Both the position numbers and the translations under genes were made by a program. Positions 1 through 10,203 of a stretch of 46,290 bases of DNA are shown here, in pieces. The DNA is from Saprospirales bacterium (lineage in GTDB: Bacteria; Bacteroidota; Bacteroidia; Chitinophagales; JADJOU01), in the NCBI GenBank assembly GCA_947441115.1, contig CANESS010000002.1:1-46290 (forward strand), written 5' to 3'. The notes beneath the pieces are model-generated. The model searched no databases, was not told the DNA's origin, and saw nothing but the letters and a program-made list of their open reading frames with translations. Positions within the stretch are counted from its first letter, which is position 1; every line of letters begins with the position of its first letter.

Positions 1-3
1 TAA

Positions 4-1635
4 TTATTCTAAAACTATTTTTTGCGATTGATGATGACCATCTATATTAGAGGTGAGAATGTAGATCCCTTCATTCAAATTTTGTAAGTCAATTTTTGTA
101 TCCATATCCAAAACCTCAAGCTGAAAGACCGCCTGTCCTAGAAGATTATATATCGATATAGTTAAAGGTAGGGAATTTGTTTTTTTGATGTAAATGGATT
201 TTTCTGAGTGATAAATATTCGCTTGAATATTATGACTATTTTGGGATATAGAATTAAAAATGGTGTCCTTTTTCTTATAAATACTATCATGCAGAAATCG
301 GGAGTAGCTGATAGTTTTGAATAGATTTAATTTCCCATTGCTTACTACTTTATTCGTCAAACCTGAAGTTACATCTACATTTTTCAAAATTGCTTCCTTT
401 ATTTTTTGCGTGACAAAGGTTGGATTACTATGTAAACTATCTAGTAGCCTTACTTCAAAATTAGAGTACATAAGTGCGATAGCTCCGGCTACTAGTGGCG
501 CTGCGAAACTAGCCCCATCTTTATATGTCCCATATTTATTATTCATTAAGGTTCCCCAGTAATTGTGTGGTGCTGCAATATGAACAAATTTATTACTAAA
601 GGCAGATTTATCCAGCCCTAAAGTAAGTGAATTATATGTTGTGACATTTATTTGATAGAGACTATTGCATAGTATAGGCATATCTTTATAGGATTCAACA
701 TCCAACGATTGATTGCTAACTGCAGCAGTTAAAAGTATGCCTTCCTTCCCCATAGCGTCTATAATTATACACCATAGCGGAGCATCTTCGGGCAATAAAC
801 CTTCCGCACCAAGAGAGTAATTGATTGCTACAATATAGGCTCCTTTATTTTTATTAGTAAGTGCGTATAGCCTTTTCATAACAAGACAATATTCTAATGC
901 CTTAATAGATTTTGCGATGGATGCGATATCATTAATTGGAAGTAATTTGCAATTCCATGCTACACCAGTGACTCCTATCTTATTATTTCCTTTAGCACCT
1001 ATACCTCCGCAGACCATTGTCCCATGATCATTTTCAGATCCATCCAAGTTATGATTATCAAGACCTGCATTCCATCCTTTGTAGTCGTCTATGGCGCCAT
1101 TATCGTCATTGTCGATACCATCATGAGGAATCTCATTGTGATTGATAAAATAGTCAAGGTCTGAATGGGCAGAATCAAATCCAAAATCTAGCACGGCCAC
1201 CACTATTGTATCTCCTTTGGCGGTGACACCACTTTTATTAAAATCCCAAGCTCCGATGGAGTTTATTCCAGAGGTTACAGATTGTCCAGGGTTGAAGCTA
1301 TTAAGGTGAAAAGTCTGTTTACTGAAAAAACTATCATTAGGAGTAGTTGCTCTTGGTTCTAGTTTTCTATTTCTGGTGGAGAGTTTGATTTTACCATCTT
1401 GTTTCAATTTTTGGATATAATCCATCGGGGGCACACTTGGAAATTCTACCGTCCAAAGTTGGAATTGCTTGGCACAAGGTGTGATTTTGGTGTCAGGAAA
1501 TAGTTTTTCTAAATAAGCTAGATTTGAATTTTCAATAGCTACTTGTATCAGTACCTCTCTGTCTATTCGCTCTCCTACATGAGCGGATAGATAGGTTGTG
1601 TAAAGTAATGCTAGAACAAGTAAAATTTGCTTCAT
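4..1635 (-). CDS. S8 (subtilisin-like) serine peptidase with type A T9SS C-terminal sorting domain
   Basis: 543-aa ORF with signal peptide MKQILLVLALLYTTYLSA. Catalytic-triad contexts are VAVLDFGFD (Asp), DHGTMVCGG (His) and DGASFAAPLVAGA (Ser). The C-terminal ~70 aa (ISIYNLLGQAVF...GIYILTS...KIVLE) looks like a Por_Secre_tail (TIGR04183-type) domain. Confidence 0.85.
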   Translation of the reverse strand: MKQILLVLALLYTTYLSAHVGERIDREVLIQVAIENSNLAYLEKLFPDTKITPCAKQFQLWTVEFPSVPPMDYIQKLKQDGKIKLSTRNRKLEPRATTPNDSFFSKQTFHLNSFNPGQSVTSGINSIGAWDFNKSGVTAKGDTIVVAVLDFGFDSAHSDLDYFINHNEIPHDGIDNDDNGAIDDYKGWNAGLDNHNLDGSENDHGTMVCGGIGAKGNNKIGVTGVAWNCKLLPINDIASIAKSIKALEYCLVMKRLYALTNKNKGAYIVAINYSLGAEGLLPEDAPLWCIIIDAMGKEGILLTAAVSNQSLDVESYKDMPILCNSLYQINVTTYNSLTLGLDKSAFSNKFVHIAAPHNYWGTLMNNKYGTYKDGASFAAPLVAGAIALMYSNFEVRLLDSLHSNPTFVTQKIKEAILKNVDVTSGLTNKVVSNGKLNLFKTISYSRFLHDSIYKKKDTIFNSISQNSHNIQANIYHSEKSIYIKKTNSLPLTISIYNLLGQAVFQLEVLDMDTKIDLQNLNEGIYILTSNIDGHHQSQKIVLE

Positions 1636-1672
1636 CTAATTCTCTTTTATTTTTAACGGTAAAAAGCCTGAT

Positions 1673-2323
1673 TTATTGAGTAAAAACGAATTGTACAATA
1701 TTAGCTCCCATTTCTAGCGATTTACGGTGTGCATCGGGCGTATCTCCATGAACTTCAGGATTTTCCCAGCCGTCTCCAAGGTCACATTCCACACTGAAAA
1801 ATGAAATCATGCGTCCTTTTAGGAATAGACCCCAGCCTTCGGGAGCCTTGCCTTCATGGGCATGTATTTTAGGGAGACCTTGAGAAAATTGATATTTCTG
1901 GTGATAAATAGGGTGTGAAAAGGGGACTTTTTCCCATTTAAGATCTGGAAATATTTTATTCATGGCCTTGAAAAAATAATCTCGCAAACCATAATTGTCA
2001 TCTGCATGCAGAAATCCACCAGCCTCGAGATAATTACGTAGATTTTTGGCTTCCAAGTCGCTGAAAACTATATTTCCATGTCCAGTGAGGTGAACTAGTG
2101 GATATTGATAAAGCTCAGCACTACCTACTTCTACAGAAGGAATATCTTGTTTGAGATTCGTTTTCAGATTTTGATTGCAGAATTTGACTAAATTAGGAAG
2201 GGATGTAGGATTGGCATACCAGTCCCCACCTCCATTGTATTTCAGCAGGGCTATACTATTTTGGCTAATCAAATCTGAAATAGCAAAAACTAGATAAAAA
2301 GCAATCAGAAAGAGACGTGTCAA
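1673..2323 (-). CDS. DUF4159 domain-containing protein (secreted/periplasmic)
   Basis: 216-aa ORF with a signal peptide. The motif string LLKYNGGGDWYANPTSLPNL...HLTGHGNIVFS...GGFLHADDNYG...ECDLGDGWE matches my recollection of the Bacteroidota DUF4159 family. Not verified by search. Confidence 0.6.
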   Translation of the reverse strand: MTRLFLIAFYLVFAISDLISQNSIALLKYNGGGDWYANPTSLPNLVKFCNQNLKTNLKQDIPSVEVGSAELYQYPLVHLTGHGNIVFSDLEAKNLRNYLEAGGFLHADDNYGLRDYFFKAMNKIFPDLKWEKVPFSHPIYHQKYQFSQGLPKIHAHEGKAPEGWGLFLKGRMISFFSVECDLGDGWENPEVHGDTPDAHRKSLEMGANIVQFVFTQ

Positions 2324-2479
2324 TATTTAGTATTATTTGTTACAAATTTACATAAAGACCAAACAAAATAACTAAATAAATCACTCACTTCACCTATTTT
2401 ATTGAAAGGGGACGAGATATTCTGTAATTATTAGCACATCTTGATTATGGGCGCCTATGAATGCAGAAATATACTGTAT

Positions 2480-3558
2480 CTAGGGTCTAAATTTAGAAAT
2501 GTAATAAACAAAAACGGATACTGTATAAAAAGGATATAGACAGGAATATATTATAGTCTTTAGAAGTGATAACTTGAAGCCATAGAATTGCTTGATTTTA
2601 TAGATAAAAAGTATATCTGTAAGTAATTTTAAGACAATGATAGGTAAAAGAGGAAAAATGAACAATCCAGAAGCAAATAAAAAATTTGTCAGAAATATGA
2701 TTCCTGCTTGAATTTGTATACTTATATTTTCATAGCTAGACGTCTTTGAAATCTAACTTCTGCCTTGTTTTAATAATTCTAAAAAATTATCAGTAGGGTC
2801 TGAGTATACTGTAGCTTCCAGATCTTTAATATAGTGTATACCATAGAGAAACTTTTTATAAATGCGATAGTATAGAAATAAATCAGCTCCTCTATTTGTA
2901 TTATATAGACCATCATAGCCTTTCACAGCTCGAAAAGCTATTTTAGTAAAGATCATATTAGCGGCATTGCATATAGAAGGAAATCTTAGATTAAGTGCAG
3001 CTATTGATCCGGCCGTCAGGATATCCAACTCCAGAATTATAAATTTATTTAGCTAGACATCACCTGGAAGGTATCTATACAGACCTGCTGCAAAATGAGG
3101 TTAGTTATCAAGTATAAATATAGATATAGTCTTTCCACAATGAATCCGTCAAGGTTATATTTGCATTGAGACAGATGATATGCTCATGACTAGCTTCCAT
3201 TATACCTAGAAATGTCCTCATTTTTATTATTTTATTAGAATTTAAGAGGGGGAGATTTATCCTTTAAATCGATAGTTTTAATTTTAGGATTAACTTCTTA
3301 AGAAAAAGAAGTGGTAGCAAAATTATTAATTAAAATAATTTAGGTTTGGAAATTGATTTGAGTTTTTAGCTGTGCTAAGAGTGAGTAGAGGCTTTGATCA
3401 TAATCGCAGTATGGAATTATGATACTAGCTTTGAGTGTCTCATTATGCTCTAGTGAGGTTATATAACTAGACATATTATCGAATCCTTTTCTATGGGATA
3501 GAATTAGGAATATATAAAGAAATAGTATGTGAAATGATAAGCAGTAAAAGACAATCAT
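2480..3558 (-). pseudogene. Decayed family-2 glycosyltransferase (GT2)
   Basis: GT2-like pieces lie in all three minus-strand frames. The N-terminal piece is 3340-3558 (SIIIPYCDYDQSLYSLL). A middle piece ending near 3188 reads MRTFLGIMEASHEHIICLNANITLTDSLW, with NAN where the DxD motif belongs. A further piece is 2753-3028 (NMIFTKIAFRAVKGYD). An in-frame TAG at 2753-2755 precedes the C-terminal TM piece 2480-2665. At least two frameshifts plus one nonsense codon. Confidence 0.6.
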
Positions 3559-3567
3559 ACGCTATTA

Positions 3568-4050
3568 TCACTTTTTTAGATTCTTTTCATAGAGCTTTAT
3601 CCAGTCTTTGGCAGACATTTTGTCAAATAAGTCTTCTATGAGGGTATAAGAAATATCAGCATACTTTCTAAATCGAATGCAAGATTTCCCCATATCTAGT
3701 TTGAATTTACACTGTTTAGTGTATTCTTCTTGAAACCAATTCAATAGTCCATTATCAAGATAAATACCCATGTGATAGAGATTGATAGAGTTCTTCTGAG
3801 CGGCTATTCCTGCGAAGGGGAGAGGAAGTTTGGGATCGCAATGGTAGCCTTCTGGATATACAGATTTAGGAATAACATATCCAATCATTCCATAGTTTAT
3901 GCACTCCTCAAATTCCTTATCTAGCTTAGACTTAATAGCTGTCCTAAGCTTTTCTATAAAAGGTTTCTGATCTGCAGGTATTTCATTCAAATATTGTGAA
4001 ACAGATAAAGCTGGGTAACTCGCCATTAAAATTTTTGTTGATTGAACCAA
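3568..4050 (-). CDS. DUF1801 (YdhG-like) domain-containing protein
   Basis: 160-aa ORF. The central segment FIEKLRTAIKSKL...INYGMIGYVIP...INLYHMGIY fits the DUF1801 pattern. An alternative start (MASYP, ATG at 4026-4024) overlaps the upstream gene's stop in a TAATG junction. Confidence 0.55.
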   Translation of the reverse strand: MVQSTKILMASYPALSVSQYLNEIPADQKPFIEKLRTAIKSKLDKEFEECINYGMIGYVIPKSVYPEGYHCDPKLPLPFAGIAAQKNSINLYHMGIYLDNGLLNWFQEEYTKQCKFKLDMGKSCIRFRKYADISYTLIEDLFDKMSAKDWIKLYEKNLKK

Positions 4051-4733
4051 ACAATAAATTTATTTCCATATAGCTGTGATTGGAATGAATTGGTAAGTTT
4101 TGCAAAATTGGTTCTATCTAATGAACTTAGAAAAAGGTTTTGATATAACTCCAATCGCGTCATATCATCATCAATTCTATATCCTATACTTTTAATCTGA
4201 TCGGTATAAAGACATTTTCGTTTCATATAATTGACTACAAAATCCTTTTTCGCCTTTACATCTTTAAGGTTATTTAGATCTAAGATTAACTTATTGATAG
4301 CTGAGTCTGTCATTTTACAGGTATGAAATGCTCTTTTACTAGTATCCTTTACAAAGGGCTTTTGCACTGGCACAAAACTGCCTCTGGTATAGGTAGCTTT
4401 ATCTTCTTTGGCTGCGGCAGGATTAGGTTTGAGCGAATAGTTATCTCCTTCTTGGATTATGGTATAGTATTCTTCCCTGTCAGAATTTATAGCTATAAGT
4501 ATACTTGGATTCTGGTTGCTAGGAGTCATTATTCGCACATGCATTTTCCTTTCACCAATAGGTACATTAAAGAGTTTGATGCGGACGACATCTCCAAAAA
4601 ATTGCAATTGATTATCTATATACACCCTATAGGTGATGGGTAGTTTAGTAGAAATGTAAATTGTTTTTTTTTGAGAAAAAGAAGGCGACGATAGTATGGA
4701 TAGAATTGCGAGTACTAGGATGTGTTTCTTCAT
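4026..4733 (-). CDS. Secreted DUF4476 domain-containing protein
   Basis: I trimmed the start to ATG 4733-4731, which gives the signal peptide MKKHILVLAILSILSSPSFSQ. The upstream 43 codons of the track ORF look non-coding. The C-terminal ~90 aa (MTDSAINKLILDL...YTDQIKSIGYRIDDDMTRLELY...DRTNFAKLTNSF) matches the DUF4476 pattern from memory. Confidence 0.5.
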   Translation of the reverse strand: MKKHILVLAILSILSSPSFSQKKTIYISTKLPITYRVYIDNQLQFFGDVVRIKLFNVPIGERKMHVRIMTPSNQNPSILIAINSDREEYYTIIQEGDNYSLKPNPAAAKEDKATYTRGSFVPVQKPFVKDTSKRAFHTCKMTDSAINKLILDLNNLKDVKAKKDFVVNYMKRKCLYTDQIKSIGYRIDDDMTRLELYQNLFLSSLDRTNFAKLTNSFQSQLYGNKFIVWFNQQKF

Positions 4734-4877
4734 GTCGGGTATAGTAGATATTGATGCAAATATAAATAATTCACAACGGGTATTACAATAAAAAAATACT
4801 TTAACTAGTCTAGAAGACAATAGCCTTTCGTGAAGAAGAATATACAATCTCCTAAAGGACAAAGAAACTACAAAATC

Positions 4878-5975
4878 TTACGATTTTTGCGAATTAGACT
4901 CTTGCTTGTTTTTCATCTTAGCTTTAAATTCGCCAAAGGAAATCATTTTTTTGGAATCTTCATCCCACATATTGGCAAAGATGGCTTTAAAACTCTGAGT
5001 CACGGTAAGAGGAATACAATATTTTTGAAAAATTGGATTTTCGATACTGCATTTTCTCAAATTGTAGAATGGAATAGATGGACACAAATGATGAATGTGG
5101 TGATATCCGATATTTCCAGTCATAAAGTGCATAAATCTAGGCAACTGGTAAAACGTACTTCCTCGTATAGCAGACAACAAATAATTCCAATTTTCTTTTC
5201 CTTCTTTGTATACTTCTTCGTACTGATGCTGAACATAAAAAAACCAGAGTGCCATTGTTCCAAATACAAATAAATTAGCAAACTGAACTATAAAGAAATT
5301 TTTCCAATCTGATACAAAACTCAGTCCAAATGCTAACAGAACATATGCAGATACAAATAGAAAATTATTTACGGTCACATTGTTTTTTACCTTTTCAAAA
5401 TACTCAGATTTCAAAAAACGAAATCTATTAAAAATTGCTACATAGATTATACCTCCTAGAGTCAGAATATATGCTGGGCTACGATATACTCTATATCTTA
5501 TTTTTTTCTTGACAGATAATGCAGCGTATTGCTCCGTCGTCAAACACTCAAAATCGCCAATATCAGAAGTTTCTAATTGACCATTGTGCGCATGGTGGAA
5601 ATCATGAGATTTGGCCCAGTACTTATAAGGTATGATTGTCATAAAACTGCATATAGTTCCTATCGTATCATTCAGCCACTTTTCTGGAGTGAATGATTTG
5701 TGACCACAATCGTGCTGTATGATAAATACTCTGCCAAGCGCTACACCATTGAAAATGCTGATAGCCAATACCCACCAAAAAGAATAGTCATTAGCCAATA
5801 ACCAGTATTGAAGTACCCATACGCTACCATACATTAGGAATGTAAGCGCCGTATGAAATAAGGCTTTCTTGGTATCTGGTATTTGGTACTCTTTGAGGAG
5901 TTTATGCCAGTCTTTTAATTCTTGCTTTATATTTTCGTATACTTCCTGATTCGAATTAGCGGCAGCTGCATTCAT
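4878..5975 (-). CDS. Membrane fatty acid desaturase
   Basis: 365-aa ORF with the three canonical histidine boxes HDCGH, HDFHHAH and HHIHH, plus hydrophobic spans between them. Confidence 0.85.
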   Translation of the reverse strand: MNAAAANSNQEVYENIKQELKDWHKLLKEYQIPDTKKALFHTALTFLMYGSVWVLQYWLLANDYSFWWVLAISIFNGVALGRVFIIQHDCGHKSFTPEKWLNDTIGTICSFMTIIPYKYWAKSHDFHHAHNGQLETSDIGDFECLTTEQYAALSVKKKIRYRVYRSPAYILTLGGIIYVAIFNRFRFLKSEYFEKVKNNVTVNNFLFVSAYVLLAFGLSFVSDWKNFFIVQFANLFVFGTMALWFFYVQHQYEEVYKEGKENWNYLLSAIRGSTFYQLPRFMHFMTGNIGYHHIHHLCPSIPFYNLRKCSIENPIFQKYCIPLTVTQSFKAIFANMWDEDSKKMISFGEFKAKMKNKQESNSQKS

Positions 5976-6023
5976 GAGAGTAATAATTTTTAGACATTAG
6001 GTTACAAAATTACCACTTTCTTA

Positions 6024-9000
6024 TTAAAGGGCAAGTTTTACTTTGTCAATACTTATAACACTATATAAATCATTGAGTAAGCGCTCGCCAACTCTTACTT
6101 TATAGGTTAAGCTTCTAAATTCAATAGCCTGCAACGAAATATTAGTTTCTTTTTCTTCATCAGGCATATCTGGGCTATTTTCTGCAATACCAGCACCAAC
6201 ATGGACTCCATTTATAGGTGTTTCGAGACTGAGAAGCACAGGTGTATTCCCCGGATGGTTTTTTAAAACATATTCCAATTTAGCAAGGGTTTCTTGAATT
6301 ATTTCAGCAAGAGATATAGAAAGGGCAAATTTATTGACCTGATTATAAAATTGAGATTCTGGTATGATTGATTCTACTTTCATAAATTCTATCATCTTCG
6401 TTTCATTTTTTGGTTTAAACGAATCCCACTTTATCTTGAGCATAATCGCCTTCCCATCTTCAATATATTTTTCATATTCGTTAAAATTTTTATCACGAAG
6501 GTTAAAAGTCATAGAATCTTCTAGCCCTAATAATAAAAACTTCATATATGGCTTTTGATTATTGTCTACTCCTTTAACTATGTCTTTCGCTATACCAATT
6601 ACATACTCAGATTTTCTAGTTATTTTCACCTCTTCAAATGCAGAAGCGGTGATATCCGTTATGATTTTTTTATATTTATCTAATGGGTGCCCGCTCATAT
6701 ATAAGCCGAGCACTTCTTTTTCTTTCTCTAATTTTTCTAACTCCGTAAATTCAGCTACAATAGGCGGAGCTGGCTTTTCAATCATATCTTGAAATGATTC
6801 GCCAAAGAGATTCGTCTCCTCACCTTTTGATTTATTTAGGTCATTCGCATAGCGAATCAGTTTTTCTATAAAGGTTTGGGAGTTGTCCACCCCAAAATAT
6901 TGCTCCCGCTTAATTTCGGGGAAACAGTCTAGTGCGCCAGAAATGGCTAAGGCTTCTAAGACTTTTTTATTGGCATTTTTTGTACCCATGCGTGCGGCGA
7001 AATCATAAATATCCTCAAATTTCCCCCCTGTATCTCTTATTTGAACCATTTCTATAATGACATTTTCACCTACGCCTTTGATTGCGGATAATCCGAAGCG
7101 TATTTGCCCTTTAGTATTGACGGTGAATATATAATTGCTTTCATTGACATCGGGACCTAGCACATCTAGCCCCATTTTTTTGGATACTTCTATGTATTTT
7201 TTGATATCCTCTGTTTTATCCATGTTATTTGACATGAGGCCTGCCATAAATTCTGAAGGGTAATTCGCTTTAAGGTAAGCACATTGATAGGCTATCAATG
7301 CATAGCAAGTCGAATGCGATTTATTGAAGGCATATTGGGCAAATTTCTCCATATCCATCCATATCTTCTTTGCTTTTTCTACATCATGTTCATTGGATTT
7401 GCAACCTTCAATAAATTGGGGATATAAATGATCCATGACTTCTTTATCTTTTTTACCCATCGCTTTTCTTAGAGTATCGGCCTGTCCTTTGCTGAAATTC
7501 GCCAATTTCTGTGAAAGAAGCATTACCTGTTCTTGATATACCATGATTCCATAGGTTTCTTCCAGAATATCTTTGCTGGCTTCTATGTCATAAGTTACTT
7601 CTTCTGTACCATGTTTTCTGGCTATATAGTTGGGGATATAGTCCATAGGCCCTGGTCTATATAGGGCATTCATGGCTATTAGATCTGTAAATCTATCGGG
7701 TTTGAGGCCTCTAAGATTTGATTTCATTCCATCACTTTCAAATTGAAATATTCCGTCAGTATTCGCTTGCTGAAATACGACATAAGCCTTTGAATCGTCG
7801 AGAGGCAATTTTTCTACATCTACATCTATACCATGCCTAGCTTTGATGATAGATCGAATATCTTTTAAAATACTCAAGTTTTTCAAACCCAAAAAGTCCA
7901 TTTTTAAAAGACCAACCTTTTCTACAATGTCCTTATCGTATTGGGTTACTAGCATTTCATTATCCTTAGCGGTGCAGAGAGGAATTAACTCTTTTAAATC
8001 TTGTGGAGCGATGATCACTCCGCATGCATGCACTCCTGTATTGCGTACAGACCCCTTCAGTTTAATAGCGGTATCTACCACGGTCTTATAGGTAGGGTTA
8101 TCTGTATAAAGTTGTATAAATGTGTCCGATTTCACTCGATCTCCCTCTTTCATAGATTTACGCAAATCGGGATATTTAGCGCTATCCAATATGGACGGCA
8201 GGTCATAATCGGGCACAGCTTTTGCAAGCACATCGGTTTCTAGTAAAGGCACATCTAGGACTCTAGCCACGTCGCGGATAGCCATTTTTTCCTTCATGGT
8301 GCCATAGGTGATTATTTGTGCTACATTGTTTCTGCCATATTTTTCTACTACGTAGTCTAGTACTTTTTGACGACCCGCATCTTCAAAGTCAATATCTATG
8401 TCGGGAAAACTGACTCGTTCAGGATTTAGGAAACGCTCAAAAAGCAAACCATATTCCAGAGGGTCTACCTGTGTGATACCTAGGCAATAAGCCACCACCG
8501 AGCCAGCGGCAGATCCTCTACCTGGTCCTACTGAAACATGCATGCGACGGGCTTCGGTCAGAAAATCTTCGATGACTAGAAAGTAGCCTTCATATTTAGA
8601 ATCAAAAATGGTTTTTAATTCGAGTTCTATGCGTTCAGAAATATCTTGAGATATCTCTTTATATCTTTTTCTAGCGCCTTCATAGACTAGGTAACGCATA
8701 TACTCAGACTGGCTGCGATAGCTAGTAGGCACCTGAAAATTTGGCATCATGATAGAGCGTTTCAAATCCATTTTTTCTATCTTATCTAGAATGTGGAGCG
8801 TATTTTCTATACTGTCGGGCACATCATGAAATAATTTTTTCATCTCCCCGGCAGTCTTAAAAAAGAACTGATTATTGGCAAAGCCAAATCGGGTTTCAGA
8901 ACTATAACCATCTTCGTCGTCTGATTTGACTGGCGTTGCCTTTTTAGCACCTGTATTGATGCAGAGCAAGGTGTCGTGAATATCACTATCCGCTTCATCT

Positions 9001-9662
9001 ACGTAATGTGAATCATTAGTAGCTATGACCTTTACGTTGTATCGCTGACCCCATTTGATGAGTGTTTGATTAAGATACTCTTGGCTTAACCCAGTGCCAT
9101 TGATGTTTTCTATGTGATGTCTTTGGAGCTCGATATAATAATCGTCTCCAAATAGAGCGAGCCATTGTTTAAATACCTCCTCAGCAGCCTCTTCCCCTTT
9201 ATTGAGAATAGTTTGCGGCACAATTCCTCCTATGCAGCATGTAGTTGCTATTAGTCCTTCGGTATGTTTTTTTAGAAGATTTAAGTCTATTCTAGGAAAT
9301 TTACCATAAAGTCCCTCTTTATAGGCTAATGAGGTGAGTATGGTGAGATTTTTATACCCAATTTCATTCTTTGCTAATAAAAGCTGATGGTATCTTTTGT
9401 CGCGTTTCCCAGTGCCAGCAAATGAGGTCTGGTGCATATCTTCCACCATGTAAAATTCACAACCTACTATCGGCTTAATATTTTCTTTTTGACAGGTATT
9501 GACAAATTCGAATACTCCAAACATATTGCCATGGTCTGTGATAGCTGCACCTGGCATACCATCGGCAGCCGCTTTTTTTACCATTTGATTGATATTAGCA
9601 GCTCCATCTAGAATGGAGTATTGTGTGTGGCAGTGTAAGTGACAAAAATCGGACATAAGCAA
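6024..9662 (-). CDS. dnaE: DNA polymerase III alpha subunit
   Basis: 1212-aa ORF. N-terminal PHP domain (HLHCHTQYSILDGA), palm aspartates (FPDIDIDFE), and a length and order typical of DnaE. Confidence 0.97.
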   Translation of the reverse strand: MLMSDFCHLHCHTQYSILDGAANINQMVKKAAADGMPGAAITDHGNMFGVFEFVNTCQKENIKPIVGCEFYMVEDMHQTSFAGTGKRDKRYHQLLLAKNEIGYKNLTILTSLAYKEGLYGKFPRIDLNLLKKHTEGLIATTCCIGGIVPQTILNKGEEAAEEVFKQWLALFGDDYYIELQRHHIENINGTGLSQEYLNQTLIKWGQRYNVKVIATNDSHYVDEADSDIHDTLLCINTGAKKATPVKSDDEDGYSSETRFGFANNQFFFKTAGEMKKLFHDVPDSIENTLHILDKIEKMDLKRSIMMPNFQVPTSYRSQSEYMRYLVYEGARKRYKEISQDISERIELELKTIFDSKYEGYFLVIEDFLTEARRMHVSVGPGRGSAAGSVVAYCLGITQVDPLEYGLLFERFLNPERVSFPDIDIDFEDAGRQKVLDYVVEKYGRNNVAQIITYGTMKEKMAIRDVARVLDVPLLETDVLAKAVPDYDLPSILDSAKYPDLRKSMKEGDRVKSDTFIQLYTDNPTYKTVVDTAIKLKGSVRNTGVHACGVIIAPQDLKELIPLCTAKDNEMLVTQYDKDIVEKVGLLKMDFLGLKNLSILKDIRSIIKARHGIDVDVEKLPLDDSKAYVVFQQANTDGIFQFESDGMKSNLRGLKPDRFTDLIAMNALYRPGPMDYIPNYIARKHGTEEVTYDIEASKDILEETYGIMVYQEQVMLLSQKLANFSKGQADTLRKAMGKKDKEVMDHLYPQFIEGCKSNEHDVEKAKKIWMDMEKFAQYAFNKSHSTCYALIAYQCAYLKANYPSEFMAGLMSNNMDKTEDIKKYIEVSKKMGLDVLGPDVNESNYIFTVNTKGQIRFGLSAIKGVGENVIIEMVQIRDTGGKFEDIYDFAARMGTKNANKKVLEALAISGALDCFPEIKREQYFGVDNSQTFIEKLIRYANDLNKSKGEETNLFGESFQDMIEKPAPPIVAEFTELEKLEKEKEVLGLYMSGHPLDKYKKIITDITASAFEEVKITRKSEYVIGIAKDIVKGVDNNQKPYMKFLLLGLEDSMTFNLRDKNFNEYEKYIEDGKAIMLKIKWDSFKPKNETKMIEFMKVESIIPESQFYNQVNKFALSISLAEIIQETLAKLEYVLKNHPGNTPVLLSLETPINGVHVGAGIAENSPDMPDEEKETNISLQAIEFRSLTYKVRVGERLLNDLYSVISIDKVKLAL

Positions 9663-9707
9663 ATTTAAACGTTTAAAAATTTCCGCCGTTTATATAGTTA
9701 TGACAAA

Positions 9708-9716
9708 TTATCCACA
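9708..9716 (+). promoter_or_regulatory. Perfect DnaA box TTATCCACA
   Basis: Exact 9-mer consensus, read directly. It lies 46 nt upstream of the dnaE start, in the divergent intergenic region. Confidence 0.4.
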
Positions 9717-10179
9717 GTTTTGTAGAGCCTTGATTTTTAGGGAAATTTGATGCAGCCTTTTTCTTAAACTTAATTGCATTTGTATAATCAAAAGTTTTAG
9801 ATCTTAACCACCATAAATAACAATCCAATGAAAAGAACAATTTTATTTCTAGCAGGAATGAGGGCTTATTATGACTGCAAGCTGCATTAAGAGCCTAAAA
9901 TCTCAATCGTTGCTGAAATAAGCGCAAAAGGTTAAATACAATTATAGAGTTGAGCTCAATAGGTTTAAGGAACTAAAAAAGGTGTAGTGCCTAGAAACGC
10001 TCAACCAAAAAGTGAGTGAAAGACTAACTCCAGCTGCTAACTATTATTTTAAACTATTTAAAGATTCATAAAGTTCAAAAATTTTAAATTTATACTATAT
10101 AAATATTATGATAATCAATTGCTAAGGTCTAATTTTGTATGGTTTTTGAAATTTCTTCTTATTTAACGCTAAAACCTCC

Positions 10180-10187
10180 TATATTTG
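10180..10187 (+). promoter_or_regulatory. Bacteroidota -7 promoter box TATATTTG (TAnnTTTG)
   Basis: Exact match to the TAnnTTTG consensus, 16 nt upstream of the ATG at 10204. Confidence 0.4.
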
Positions 10188-10203
10188 TCAGAAACTATAT
10201 TAT

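Noticed and set aside
6364-8243. Four plus-strand ORFs (64-82 aa) inside dnaE. Similar antisense ORFs occur inside polA (16082-18146), dnaK (36029-37735), fabG (10470-10784), dnaA (12514-12909), the mutase (21075-21359) and other genes.
   Set aside because: All lie fully within, and antisense to, long genes with unmistakable conserved motifs. Their products are low-complexity or hydrophobic strings, typical of the mirror frames of AT-rich coding DNA.
9828-10071. A possible lipoprotein gene remnant: MKRTILFLAG..., then after a +1 shift, MTASCIKSLK..., with two in-frame stops.
   Set aside because: After the frameshift the frame has 3 stops in 67 codons, not significantly different from about 5 expected by chance at this AT content. 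The signal-peptide resemblance alone is too weak.
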